Assembly: GCF_002428305.1 (NCBI RefSeq)
Contig: NZ_DIVJ01000023.1
Span: forward strand, 108,489 to 172,488
Direction of reading: 5' to 3'
From: Flavobacterium sp. UBA6135
Lineage (GTDB): Bacteria; Bacteroidota; Bacteroidia; Flavobacteriales; Flavobacteriaceae
Length of the DNA: 64,000 nucleotides
The position numbers and the translations under genes are program-made. Under the pieces are notes generated by a model, which was not told the DNA's origin, searched no databases, and saw nothing but the letters and a program-made list of their open reading frames with translations. Below are positions 37,342-46,874 of the stretch, in pieces (within the stretch, counting starts at the first letter, position 1; each line of letters opens with the position of its first letter).

Positions 37342-39468
37342 ATGAATAAAAAATATCTTTTAGTACTTATTATGGGATTAATTGCAAGTCAAACACAAGC
37401 ACAAGAATTAGACAAAAAATTTGCCAGTAATCCGTTTTTTTCCTCCTATAATACACCTTATAATGTTCCTCCATTTGATTTAATAAAAAACGAACATTTT
37501 AAGCCTGCTTTTCAAGAAGCTATTAAAAGACATCAAGCTGAAATTAATGCTATTGTCAATAATAAAAGTAAACCAACTTTTCAAAATACTATTGTGGCTT
37601 TAGAAAATTCAGGTGATTTATTAAGCAATGTTTCAACTGTATTTTACAATTTGAATTCTGCTAATACTAACGAAGAAATTCAAAAAATTGCGAGAGAAAT
37701 TGCTCCGGAAACTTCTGCTCATAATGATAATATTGTATTAAATGACAAACTATTTGCTAAAGTAAAATCGGTTTGGAATGAAAAGGACAAATTAAAACTA
37801 TCTACAGAAGAATCCAAACTTTTAGAAAATGCCTACAAGCGTTTCGTGAGAAGTGGTGCTAATTTAAACGAAAAAGACAAAGAGAGATTGAGAGCAATTA
37901 ACAGTGAGCTTTCCCTTTTGACATTAAAATTTGGTCAAAATATTTTGGCTGAAACTAATAAATATGAATTAGTCATCGAAAAAAAAGAAGACCTTTCCGG
38001 TTTGTCTGACGAATTAATTGCAGCTGCAGCAGAAACTGCAAAAGCGAAAGGAAAAGAAGGCAAATGGGTCTTTACGCTTTCTAACTCCAGTGTAATGCCT
38101 TTTTTACAATACAGCTCCAACAGAAAACTTCGTGAAATTATTTGGACTGCTTATAAAAACAGAGCAAATAATGGTGGTGAGACTGACAATAACATTAATG
38201 GAATTCAATTGGCTAATTTGAGAGCTGAAAAAGCCAAACTATTAGGTTATGAATCTCATGCTCATTATGTTTTAGAGGAAAGCATGGCAAAAACACCAAC
38301 CAAAGTAATGGATTTTTTGAATCAATTATGGACACCTGCCTTGGAAAAAGCCAAAGTTGAAGAAGCAGAAATTGCGACAATGATGAAAAAAGAAGGAATA
38401 TCAGGAAATGTTCAACCTTATGATTGGAGATATTATAGTGAAAAAATCAGAAAAGAAAAATTTGATTTAGACGAACAAGAATTAAAACCTTACTTTAGTC
38501 TAGACAATGTAACAGAAGGTGTTTTTATGGTATGTGATAAATTATTTGGATTGCAATTCAAACAACTAAAAAACGTTCCAACCTATCATCCTGAAGCAAC
38601 AACTTGGGAAGTAACCGAAAAAGACGGAACCGTTTTAGGATTGCTATACATGGATTTCTTTCCTAGAGATTCAAAAAGAGGTGGTGCTTGGATGACCTCT
38701 TATCGACCACAAAAAACAGAAAACGGAAAACGAATTCCTCCGGTAATTTCCATTGTTTGTAATTTTTCAAAACCAACCGGAAATGCTCCCGCACTATTTA
38801 CATTTGATGAAGTTACAACTTATTTCCATGAGTTTGGACATGCTTTACACGGATTGCTTTCGGATGTAAAATACAAAAGTTTAGCAGGAACTAGTGTTCC
38901 AAGAGATTTTGTAGAATTACCATCTCAAATTATGGAAAATTGGGCTGCTGATTCTGAAGTATTAAAAATGTATGCAAAACATTATCAAACCGGAGAAGTT
39001 ATTCCGGATGAATTAATTGCTAAATTGGAAAAATCAGGCACTTTTGGTCAAGGATTTTCTACTGTTGAATATTTATCATCATCATTTTTAGACATGGAAT
39101 TTCACACAGCAACTTTACCAATTTCGGGAACGGCAGAAGAATTTGAAAAAGCGGCAATGAAAAAAATAGGTTTGCCGGAATCAATTATTCCAAGACATAG
39201 AGCCAATTATTTCAGTCATATTTTTGCTGGTGGTTACTCTGCTGGATATTATAGTTATATCTGGTCAGGGGTATTAGATACAGATGCTTTTGATCAATTC
39301 AAAAAAACATCTTTATTCAATCAAGAAAAGGCAAAATTATTCAGAAGAAGTATATTAGAAAGAGGAGGCACGGAAGAACCGATGGATTTATACAAAAGAT
39401 TTAGAGGAAGCGAACCAAGTATTGAACCTTTATTAAGAAAAAGAGGTTTGGATACGCAAACAAAATAA
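37342..39468 (+). CDS. M3-family metallopeptidase (peptidyl-dipeptidase Dcp-like)
   Basis: HEFGHALH, DFVELPSQIMENW, YSAGYYSYIW; signal peptide. Confidence 0.93.
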   Translation: MNKKYLLVLIMGLIASQTQAQELDKKFASNPFFSSYNTPYNVPPFDLIKNEHFKPAFQEAIKRHQAEINAIVNNKSKPTFQNTIVALENSGDLLSNVSTVFYNLNSANTNEEIQKIAREIAPETSAHNDNIVLNDKLFAKVKSVWNEKDKLKLSTEESKLLENAYKRFVRSGANLNEKDKERLRAINSELSLLTLKFGQNILAETNKYELVIEKKEDLSGLSDELIAAAAETAKAKGKEGKWVFTLSNSSVMPFLQYSSNRKLREIIWTAYKNRANNGGETDNNINGIQLANLRAEKAKLLGYESHAHYVLEESMAKTPTKVMDFLNQLWTPALEKAKVEEAEIATMMKKEGISGNVQPYDWRYYSEKIRKEKFDLDEQELKPYFSLDNVTEGVFMVCDKLFGLQFKQLKNVPTYHPEATTWEVTEKDGTVLGLLYMDFFPRDSKRGGAWMTSYRPQKTENGKRIPPVISIVCNFSKPTGNAPALFTFDEVTTYFHEFGHALHGLLSDVKYKSLAGTSVPRDFVELPSQIMENWAADSEVLKMYAKHYQTGEVIPDELIAKLEKSGTFGQGFSTVEYLSSSFLDMEFHTATLPISGTAEEFEKAAMKKIGLPESIIPRHRANYFSHIFAGGYSAGYYSYIWSGVLDTDAFDQFKKTSLFNQEKAKLFRRSILERGGTEEPMDLYKRFRGSEPSIEPLLRKRGLDTQTK

Positions 39469-39492
39469 TATAGTAGGTTGTTATTAATTCGG

Positions 39493-39529
39493 AAAAGTCC
39501 CGTTTGATTAAATTCGAACGGGACTTTTT
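39493..39529. terminator. Bidirectional terminator
   Basis: AAAAGTCCCGTT/AACGGGACTTTT. Confidence 0.8.
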
Positions 39530-39531
39530 AG

Positions 39532-39894
39532 TTAGCCATGATATACTCGTGAAGCTATGATTTTATTTTCTCGAATTTCGAGTACTTCGGCAATCATCAT
39601 ATCGTTTTCATTTTCAACGGAACGAACATATTCCATAAAAACCCTATCGGCATTAGCTGTAAGCGAAGTAACCTTGTAATGTAACGTTGGGAGTCTGTCA
39701 AATGCCTCTTGCCACCAATCTCTTAATTCTAGCTTACCAACCACCAATCCGTTTGTTTCCGGTTTTCTGATTTTTAACTTTGGACTAAAATGTTCCGCAT
39801 TATCATCATAAAGCGACAACAATTGATCGATGTCTTTTTTATTAAAAGCATCAAACCATTTATAAGCAATAGACAAACAATTTTCGGAATTCAT
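39532..39894 (-). CDS. NTF2/SnoaL-like protein
   Basis: WFDAFN.KDID.LL.LY..NA...SP pattern. Confidence 0.8.
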   Translation of the reverse strand: MNSENCLSIAYKWFDAFNKKDIDQLLSLYDDNAEHFSPKLKIRKPETNGLVVGKLELRDWWQEAFDRLPTLHYKVTSLTANADRVFMEYVRSVENENDMMIAEVLEIRENKIIASRVYHG

Positions 39895-40770
39895 TTAAAA
39901 ATTTTTCAAATTGATGATTTCTTGCTCTGTTAAAAAACGCCAATTTCCTCTGGGAAGATTCTTTTTAGTTAAACCCGCAAATGAAACGCGATCCACTTTC
40001 AGTACATTATAACTAAACTTTTCAAAAATAGCACGAACTACTTTTACGTTTGGAGTCCGAAGTTTAATGCCAATTTCTGTTTTTGGTTGATCTTCGATAT
40101 AACTGATTTCATCCACATATAATTTATGTTCATCAAATGAAACACCACCAGCTATTTTTTCTAAATCTTCAAATTTCAAATTTTTGTCTAATGAAACCTG
40201 ATAAATTTTAGTTGATTTTTGATTGGGTAAACTGAATTTTCGAATCATATCGGTATCGTTGGTAAACAACAATAATCCGGTTGTGTTCATATCCATTCTT
40301 CCAATAGGCTGAATTTTTATTGGAGTTGCATTTTTAATCAATTCCATTACATTTCGCATATCGCGATCATCTTCAACCGAAGTGGTGAAGTTTTTTGGCT
40401 TATTAAGCAAAACATATTCTTTCTTTTCAGGAACAATAGTTGCTCCGTCAAAGTTAACCACATCACCGGGTTTTACTTGATAGCCCATTTCTGTAATCAC
40501 AACACCATTAACTTTAACGTTACCTGACTGAATGTAAATATCAGCATCACGACGTGAACAAGCTCCTGAATTGGCAATGTATTTATTCAAACGAATATTG
40601 TCTGATTTTACTTTTGGTTTTGCTACAGGAGGTTTTTCATCTGTAGAAACTTTTTTAGGTTTTTGTGAACGCTTAGCCATGGCTGGTTTTGGCTTACTAA
40701 AACCACCCGGTTTACCTTTTGTATTTTTGTTGGAAGTTGATTTTCTGCTGCTTCCGTCTTTTTTATTCAT
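39895..40770 (-). CDS. S4-domain pseudouridine synthase (RsuA/RluB family)
   Basis: RLNKYIANSG.CSRR.AD, LLNKP, GRMDMNTTGLLL. Confidence 0.9.
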   Translation of the reverse strand: MNKKDGSSRKSTSNKNTKGKPGGFSKPKPAMAKRSQKPKKVSTDEKPPVAKPKVKSDNIRLNKYIANSGACSRRDADIYIQSGNVKVNGVVITEMGYQVKPGDVVNFDGATIVPEKKEYVLLNKPKNFTTSVEDDRDMRNVMELIKNATPIKIQPIGRMDMNTTGLLLFTNDTDMIRKFSLPNQKSTKIYQVSLDKNLKFEDLEKIAGGVSFDEHKLYVDEISYIEDQPKTEIGIKLRTPNVKVVRAIFEKFSYNVLKVDRVSFAGLTKKNLPRGNWRFLTEQEIINLKNF

Positions 40771-40826
40771 CTTTAAAATTTTTGCAAAGATACGGAATTG
40801 GAAATTGGTATAGGAAAGTGTTTTCT

Positions 40827-41780
40827 TTAAATGTCTAACACCTCTCTGCTGTGAAGAATTACGGATGGTTTAATCAAAACAATACTAAAAACCCCGGCTA
40901 CAATTATAAATTTCAGGACATTATGCAACAGCAAATAGTTTTCTCTTGAATCAGAATTCCACAATTTAATTAAGAAAAACAACAACACTATAAAACTAAG
41001 ATAAAAATAAATATCCATATAACCCACATCATAAACTTCAATGAGAATATAAACCGGAACAACAGTGCAAATCACTAATAATGTGATGATTTTTTTGGAA
41101 AAGTTTTCCCCCAAAATCACAGGAATCGTTCGATAGTTCTGTACCAAATCACCTTTAATATTTTCTAAATCCTTAATCATTTCACGAATCAAAATCAGTA
41201 AAAACAGAAAACTGGCATGAGCAAAAATGACATAATACTTATCATTGTTCAAATTTTGAAGTATTTCATTTATCTTTTGATAATACAACAAAATCGCAAA
41301 AAAGGGTAAAATTGCAAGCAATGCAGCTGTAACATTTCCAATTATGGGATATTTTTTAATTTTATGAGAATATAACCAAATCAAAAATATGTAAACAGAA
41401 AAGAAAAAAACGGCTCGCCATGACACCAATGTTGCTATAAGAAAAACAAAAAAGTTAAGCCCAAAATAAACCTGTAACTTCGTTTTCTGAGAAACTAATC
41501 TATCTAACATTGTTTTATTTGGCATATTTATTAAGTCTTTTGAGCTATCATAAAAACTATTAATAATGTAGCCTGAAGCAATAGTTAGTGAAGAAGCCAA
41601 TACAATAATAAATAAATTGAAATCTAGAATTACATCTAATGCTCTTTTTTCATCTGAAAGTATAAAAATGGCTGCCAGATATTGAGCCAAAACAATAACC
41701 GGAATATTATAGCCTCTTACCACCGAAAATAAACTGATTATTTTCATCAAAATCAATTTATTTTTTCTGGATAATGCCAT
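40827..41780 (-). CDS. UbiA-family prenyltransferase (DGGGP-synthase-like)
   Basis: GYIINSFYD..KD.IN.P and REMIKDLEN..GD motifs; multiple TM segments. Confidence 0.8.
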   Translation of the reverse strand: MALSRKNKLILMKIISLFSVVRGYNIPVIVLAQYLAAIFILSDEKRALDVILDFNLFIIVLASSLTIASGYIINSFYDSSKDLINMPNKTMLDRLVSQKTKLQVYFGLNFFVFLIATLVSWRAVFFFSVYIFLIWLYSHKIKKYPIIGNVTAALLAILPFFAILLYYQKINEILQNLNNDKYYVIFAHASFLFLLILIREMIKDLENIKGDLVQNYRTIPVILGENFSKKIITLLVICTVVPVYILIEVYDVGYMDIYFYLSFIVLLFFLIKLWNSDSRENYLLLHNVLKFIIVAGVFSIVLIKPSVILHSREVLDI

Positions 41781-41824
41781 AATAGAAGGAAAAAATCAAG
41801 ATAAACTCTTGATTCTAATACGTT

Positions 41825-42763
41825 TTAAAATTGATAAACCACTTCTAATTCATAGTCTTTTAGTGATGCTTTTGCTTTTTCCAAGTCTTGAGTAAAGCCA
41901 AGAATATAACCACCCCCTCCAGAACCACAAAGTTTTAAATAATAATCATTAGTATCGATTCCGTTTTGCCAAACATTGTGAAATTGTTCAGGAATCATTG
42001 GTTTAAAATGGTTCAACACCACTTTAGATAATTTTTTGGTGTTGGTGAAAAGTGATTTTATATCGCCTTGCAAAAAGTTTTCCACACAAGCATCGGTGTG
42101 TTTCACAAATTGATTTTTAAGCATGCTACGGAAACCCTTGTCTTTTAGATTTTCCATAAAAATAGTAACCATAGGTGCTGTTTCACCAACTATTCCTGAA
42201 TCTAATAAAAATACCGCTCCTTTTCCTTGCATACTTTGTGAAGGAATTCCGGTTGGTTCAATATTATCCTTAGAGTTAATAAGAATTGGCAAACTCAAAT
42301 AACTATTTAATGGGTCTAATCCTGAACTTTTCCCGTGGAAAAAGGATTCCATTTGCGAAAAAACGGCTTTTAATTGCAATAATTTTTCGCGTGTTAAATT
42401 CTCTAAAACGGTGATTTTGTTGTTGGCATATTTGTCATAAATCGCAGCGACTAAAGCACCGCTACTTCCAACACCATAACCTTGTGGGATAGATGAATCA
42501 AAATACATTCCTCTTTCAATGTCTTGATTAAGTAATTCTAAATTGAAAGTCACCAATTCTGAATTTTCTGCCTGTAAATTATCCAAATACGAAGCAAATT
42601 TACGTAAGCTTTCATTAGATTTGATTGCTTCAGGCGAAGGATTCTCGTCCACCTTTAACGCACCATTATAAAAATTATAAGGAATTGAAAGTCCTTTTGA
42701 ATCTTTAATGATTCCGTATTCTCCAAAAAGAAGAATTTTTGAGTAAAAAAGTGGTCCTTTCAT
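41825..42763 (-). CDS. mvk: Mevalonate kinase
   Basis: KILLFGEY, IPQGYGVGSSGA, SGLD, KLCGSGGGG. Confidence 0.9.
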   Translation of the reverse strand: MKGPLFYSKILLFGEYGIIKDSKGLSIPYNFYNGALKVDENPSPEAIKSNESLRKFASYLDNLQAENSELVTFNLELLNQDIERGMYFDSSIPQGYGVGSSGALVAAIYDKYANNKITVLENLTREKLLQLKAVFSQMESFFHGKSSGLDPLNSYLSLPILINSKDNIEPTGIPSQSMQGKGAVFLLDSGIVGETAPMVTIFMENLKDKGFRSMLKNQFVKHTDACVENFLQGDIKSLFTNTKKLSKVVLNHFKPMIPEQFHNVWQNGIDTNDYYLKLCGSGGGGYILGFTQDLEKAKASLKDYELEVVYQF

Positions 42764-42793
42764 AGTAACTGTTATGTTATCGTGTAAATGTAG

Positions 42794-43882
42794 TTAAAAT
42801 TTAGTGAATTCAATCGCTCCCACACCAATTTCGTCACAAATATACTGCTCGTTTTGACAATGCACAACTAATTCATTCTTAATAAACTGCAAAACTTCTT
42901 CTCTAACGTTTGCGGGATAAAGCACGTGTACATTGGCACCTGCATCTAAAGTAAAACAAACTGGAATGGAAGTTTGTTCTCTAAATTTCCAAATTTTGTT
43001 AATGATTTCCAACGTATTAGGTTTCATCAAAATAAAATACGGCAGGGATGTCATCATCATTGCATGTAACGTCAAAGCTTCGCTTTCCACTAATTTGACA
43101 AATTCATTTACATCCCCATTTGCCAAAATGGTTTTGATTTGCGACAAATTTTTGTGAGCTTGTTCAAATCTTCTTTCGGCAAACGAATGTCCGTTCATCA
43201 AATCGTGACCTAACGTACTCGATACTTGTTTTTCGCCTTTATCAACCAATAAAATCGTGTCTTGATAATTTTTAAAATTGTGATGAAGTTCAGAAAATTC
43301 AATCCCAAATAAATCAGAACTGTTTTCAGTTTGATTATGATTTCCCCAAATAACAACTTCTCCTTTTATACTTCTACAAGCACTTCCTGAACCTAAGCGA
43401 GCCAAAAAAGAAGCTTTTTGGTTAAAATATTCCTCTGTCATTTTAGGATTTAATCCCTTTTCCAAACTCATAAAATTCACCGCCAACGCAGCCATTCCGG
43501 AAGCTGAAGATGCAATTCCAGAACTATGGGGAAATGTATTTTGTGTATCAATCGTAAAATGATAGTCTTTTAAAAAAGGTAAATAAACGGCAACTCGTTC
43601 CAAAAATTTTTGAATTTTAGGTCGGAATGATTCTTTTGGTTTTCCTTCAAATAACAAATCAAATGAAAAATTATTAGTTCTTTCAATTTTAGAAAAAGAC
43701 AGTTTTGTGATTGTTTTACAATTTTTTAGCGTAAAACTGATGGACGGATTGGCCGGAATCTGATTTTCCTTTTTTCCCCAATATTTCACTAAGGCGATAT
43801 TGCTGGGAGCCGACCATTGAAAACTACCGTTTTCGATTGTTTTTGAATAATTTTTAGGAATAAAATCTGAAGAAGACAGCAT
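42794..43882 (-). CDS. mvaD: Diphosphomevalonate decarboxylase
   Basis: APSNIALVKYWGK, GIASSASG, RLGSGSACRS, FTLDAGAN. Confidence 0.92.
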   Translation of the reverse strand: MLSSSDFIPKNYSKTIENGSFQWSAPSNIALVKYWGKKENQIPANPSISFTLKNCKTITKLSFSKIERTNNFSFDLLFEGKPKESFRPKIQKFLERVAVYLPFLKDYHFTIDTQNTFPHSSGIASSASGMAALAVNFMSLEKGLNPKMTEEYFNQKASFLARLGSGSACRSIKGEVVIWGNHNQTENSSDLFGIEFSELHHNFKNYQDTILLVDKGEKQVSSTLGHDLMNGHSFAERRFEQAHKNLSQIKTILANGDVNEFVKLVESEALTLHAMMMTSLPYFILMKPNTLEIINKIWKFREQTSIPVCFTLDAGANVHVLYPANVREEVLQFIKNELVVHCQNEQYICDEIGVGAIEFTKF

Positions 43883-43966
43883 ATTTCTTTTTTTGGCAAA
43901 GATACATTTTTTGATGGAGTAGCTGTTTTTAGCAACTAGAATTGTTACTTTTGAAAAAAAAGAATT

Positions 43967-44443
43967 ATGTCAAAAACCATTAAAATTATAATCGCTGTAG
44001 TTGTTTGTCTTTCGGTTGGATATGCTTCGGGAATGGCAACACAATCATCTATTCAAACTTGGTATCCAACTTTGACAAAACCCTTTTTTAATCCGCCTAA
44101 TTGGATTTTTGCACCGGTTTGGACTGTTCTATACATAATGATGGGAATTAGTGCCGGATTGATTTGGTCAAAAAAAAGTCAATCGCCAGATTTGGTCAAA
44201 AATGCTTTACTGCTTTTTAGTATCCAATTAATTTTAAATGCCATTTGGAGTTTTTTATTTTTTGGATTAAACAACACTTTATTAGCCTTGATTGAAATTT
44301 TATTGTTGGGATTATTGATTTTAGAAACTATCAAAAAATTCAAACCCATTGATGCTCTAGCTGCAAAATTGATGATTCCGTATTTGCTTTGGGTTGTTTT
44401 TGCAACGATTTTGAATGGAAGCATTTGGTGGTTGAATAGGTAA
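43967..44443 (+). CDS. tspO: TspO/MBR-family membrane protein
   Basis: WYPTLTKPFFNPPNWIFAPVWT..Y, PYLLWV.FA. Confidence 0.93.
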   Translation: MSKTIKIIIAVVVCLSVGYASGMATQSSIQTWYPTLTKPFFNPPNWIFAPVWTVLYIMMGISAGLIWSKKSQSPDLVKNALLLFSIQLILNAIWSFLFFGLNNTLLALIEILLLGLLILETIKKFKPIDALAAKLMIPYLLWVVFATILNGSIWWLNR

Positions 44444-44510
44444 ATATTTAATATTTTTGAAAATTTACAGAATATTCCCTTTATCTAACAATAATTACAA
44501 TGAACAATCA

Positions 44511-45797
44511 ATGGAAAAATCAAAACATGATTTAACTAAAACTATAATAGATAAATTGACCATAAAGGAATTTGGAGTTCATCTGTCTACTTATGTCAGC
44601 CTTTTCACTCATCCTTATAAATCTTGGATGAAAGCCATAAATATTAGAAAATCTAGTTTTGATTTTATTATATTAAACATTATTTATTATGGAATTTTTT
44701 TATTTTATATAATTCAAGAACCACAAAAAACAATTCAGTTATTATTTTTAGACTTGTTAACTACAATTGTTCCTTTCATTTTATTTTACCCATCTTTTAA
44801 AATTTGCATTTTTTTATCTAAGAAGAGAATAAAAAGTAACAGACTTTTTAGATTATTTTTGATTTTTAAATTCCAAAGTACACCAATATTAATTCTCTTT
44901 TTGTTAATGACAAATTGGTTTGATTCAGAAAATTTATTTATTGTAATTGAAAATTTTATCGTTTTAGTTCTTATAGGTTATATGATTGTATACTTACTAG
45001 TTGCTAAAATGAAACTTTGGGTTAAAGTATTAAGCTTTTTTATAAATTATGTCATCTTTATTTCCGTTTTCTTAATTTTTTCAATTTTTGAAATTAGTTT
45101 TGAATTAAAAAATGCTGACGATTATTCGACTTTAAATACTCCAACTACGGAATTTAGAAATTTTTTCATAAATTCTTCTCATGCTGAAAGATTTATATTA
45201 GATGATAAATATTTTGTATTATTAGAAGTTGATGAATTAAATCAGCTAATTAATTTTAGTCCTCAATTTGTTAATCATCAACTATTAGGTGAATTTTATG
45301 AATTATCTAAAATTAAAAGTGAAAAAAAATTAATTGAATATGATTCTATTTTATTCTCGTTAAAAAAATCTCATATATCAAGTTTAAATTTAACCAAAAA
45401 TTCAAATACAAAAGCTCAATCAACAAAAATGAGGTTAGATTCACTTAAAAAATCTTTTACAAAAATTGTTGATACTGATATGAAAGTATCAGATTCTTTG
45501 AGACTGCATGCGAAATTTAATAGCAACAGGCAGTATTTTCAGGCATATTTCAAATATTTAGAAAAATATTATTCGACTTATGTTAATAATGATTCCATAT
45601 TAAAAATATTGACTAATAAAAAAACTCATCTTGAACCTTTAAAGATTAATGAAAATGAAATTATCACTATTTATGAAATTGACACACTTTACTACGAGCC
45701 TCAGAAGTCAAATCTAATTAAGCAAAAAAAATTAATTGACAAAAGAGATAAATCATCAGGCTTTCTGTTCAACATATTATTTTATCCTATATTATAA
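44511..45797 (+). CDS. Hypothetical AT-rich integral membrane protein (track start TTG 44457; first in-frame ATG 44511)
   Basis: About 6 N-terminal TM segments followed by a soluble C-terminal half; family not recognised. Confidence 0.65.
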   Translation: MEKSKHDLTKTIIDKLTIKEFGVHLSTYVSLFTHPYKSWMKAINIRKSSFDFIILNIIYYGIFLFYIIQEPQKTIQLLFLDLLTTIVPFILFYPSFKICIFLSKKRIKSNRLFRLFLIFKFQSTPILILFLLMTNWFDSENLFIVIENFIVLVLIGYMIVYLLVAKMKLWVKVLSFFINYVIFISVFLIFSIFEISFELKNADDYSTLNTPTTEFRNFFINSSHAERFILDDKYFVLLEVDELNQLINFSPQFVNHQLLGEFYELSKIKSEKKLIEYDSILFSLKKSHISSLNLTKNSNTKAQSTKMRLDSLKKSFTKIVDTDMKVSDSLRLHAKFNSNRQYFQAYFKYLEKYYSTYVNNDSILKILTNKKTHLEPLKINENEIITIYEIDTLYYEPQKSNLIKQKKLIDKRDKSSGFLFNILFYPIL

Positions 45798-45809
45798 TTC
45801 CAAAAAAAA

Positions 45810-46382
45810 TTAAACACCAAAAACACTTTCAATCTCCATAACTTCTCCCGATTGCAAATTATCTAAATGGAAGTTTCCAATTCGAACTCGAACCAATCGC
45901 AAAGTGGGGAAACCTACAGCAGAAGTCATTTTTCGCACTTGTCTAAACTTTCCTTCAGTAAGTGTAATGGAAACCCAAGAAGTGGGTCCGTGTCGTTCAT
46001 CACGAATTTTTTGGATACGCAATGGAAGATTTGGAGCGTCAATTAATTTAGCTTGACATTTTTTGGTTTTGTATTTGGTTCCTTTAAAACCAATTAAAAC
46101 ACCGTTTTGAAGTTGGTCAACGGCTTCTTGAGTGAAAATACCATCCACTTGAGCATAATATTCTTTTTCCACTTTTTTGCTTCGCACCAATTCGCTCATC
46201 ATGCCATCTGTGGTAAGAATGAGTAGGCCTTCTGAATCTTCGTCCAAACGACCAATTGCCATAGTTCCAGGAGGAAAATCGTATAATTCTCCCAATAACT
46301 TTTTGGTCCGCTTTAGCTCATAGATAAACTGACTAAGGTAGCCGTAGGGTTTGTGAATTAAGAAGTGACGGTGGTTTGTCAT
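45810..46382 (-). CDS. Pseudouridine synthase, RluE-like (start MTNHRHF; track extends to 46421)
   Basis: HKPYGYLSQF, GRLDEDSEGLL, EG.FRQVRKMT. Confidence 0.9.
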   Translation of the reverse strand: MTNHRHFLIHKPYGYLSQFIYELKRTKKLLGELYDFPPGTMAIGRLDEDSEGLLILTTDGMMSELVRSKKVEKEYYAQVDGIFTQEAVDQLQNGVLIGFKGTKYKTKKCQAKLIDAPNLPLRIQKIRDERHGPTSWVSITLTEGKFRQVRKMTSAVGFPTLRLVRVRIGNFHLDNLQSGEVMEIESVFGV

Positions 46383-46459
46383 GCTTTTATGAGTTGGCAT
46401 TCGCCATTTTTCAGTTTTCATTCACAGTTGGTAGATTTTGACATACAACTTTAAACTCC

Positions 46460-46660
46460 CAGATTTAGTTTCTAGACCCTTAATTCACTACTAAACAGGG
46501 ACTTCCTTAAATCAAAAAAGCCATTCACCAAAAGGTGAAAAGCTTTTCATTGGTCTAACTACTAAACCGAGACTTCCTTACGGTCGTCCAAAACAACACA
46601 ACTATTTTAAATGCCTCACTGAACTTTTATTTTAATGTGTGTTCGGCGAATGCATAGCAT
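46460..46660 (-). ncRNA. Candidate small RNA(s) with a tandem 23-nt motif and an internal terminator
   Basis: 46487-46509 and 46558-46580 are 21/23 identical; terminator-like hairpin at 46514-46547. Confidence 0.45.
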
Positions 46661-46674
46661 TTGCTTTTTTGGGC

Positions 46675-46704
46675 AAAAAAGCGATTCATTTCTGAATCGC
46701 TTTT
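46675..46704 (-). terminator. tRNA-Asp terminator
   Basis: GCGATTCA/TGAATCGC stem with A/T tracts on both sides. Confidence 0.8.
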
Positions 46705-46714
46705 CCCAATTTAG

Positions 46715-46788
46715 CGGTCTGGACGGGACTCGAACCCGCGACCCCATGCGTGACAGGCATGTATTCTAACCAACTGAACTACCAAACC
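46715..46788 (-). tRNA. tRNA-Asp, anticodon GTC
   Basis: Acceptor GGTTTGG/CCAGACC, anticodon arm CATGC-CTGTCAC-GCATG, GGTTCGAGTCC; TATATTTG promoter at 46807-46814 (minus strand). Confidence 0.97.
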
Positions 46789-46874
46789 ATCGCTTTATTG
46801 CGGTTGCAAATATACAACTGATTTCTATATCCGCAAGTATTTTTTTTACTTTTTTTTCTTCAAAAAACCCAATA

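Noticed and set aside
46487-46580. Two 23-nt repeats with a 48-nt spacer as a mini-CRISPR
   Set aside because: Only two units, the spacer is a terminator-like hairpin, and there are no cas genes. Kept instead as an sRNA candidate.
37142-46788. tRNA-Leu or tRNA-Asp as integration sites of an island or prophage
   Set aside because: I saw no duplicated tRNA 3' end, integrase or phage genes; the flanks are housekeeping genes.
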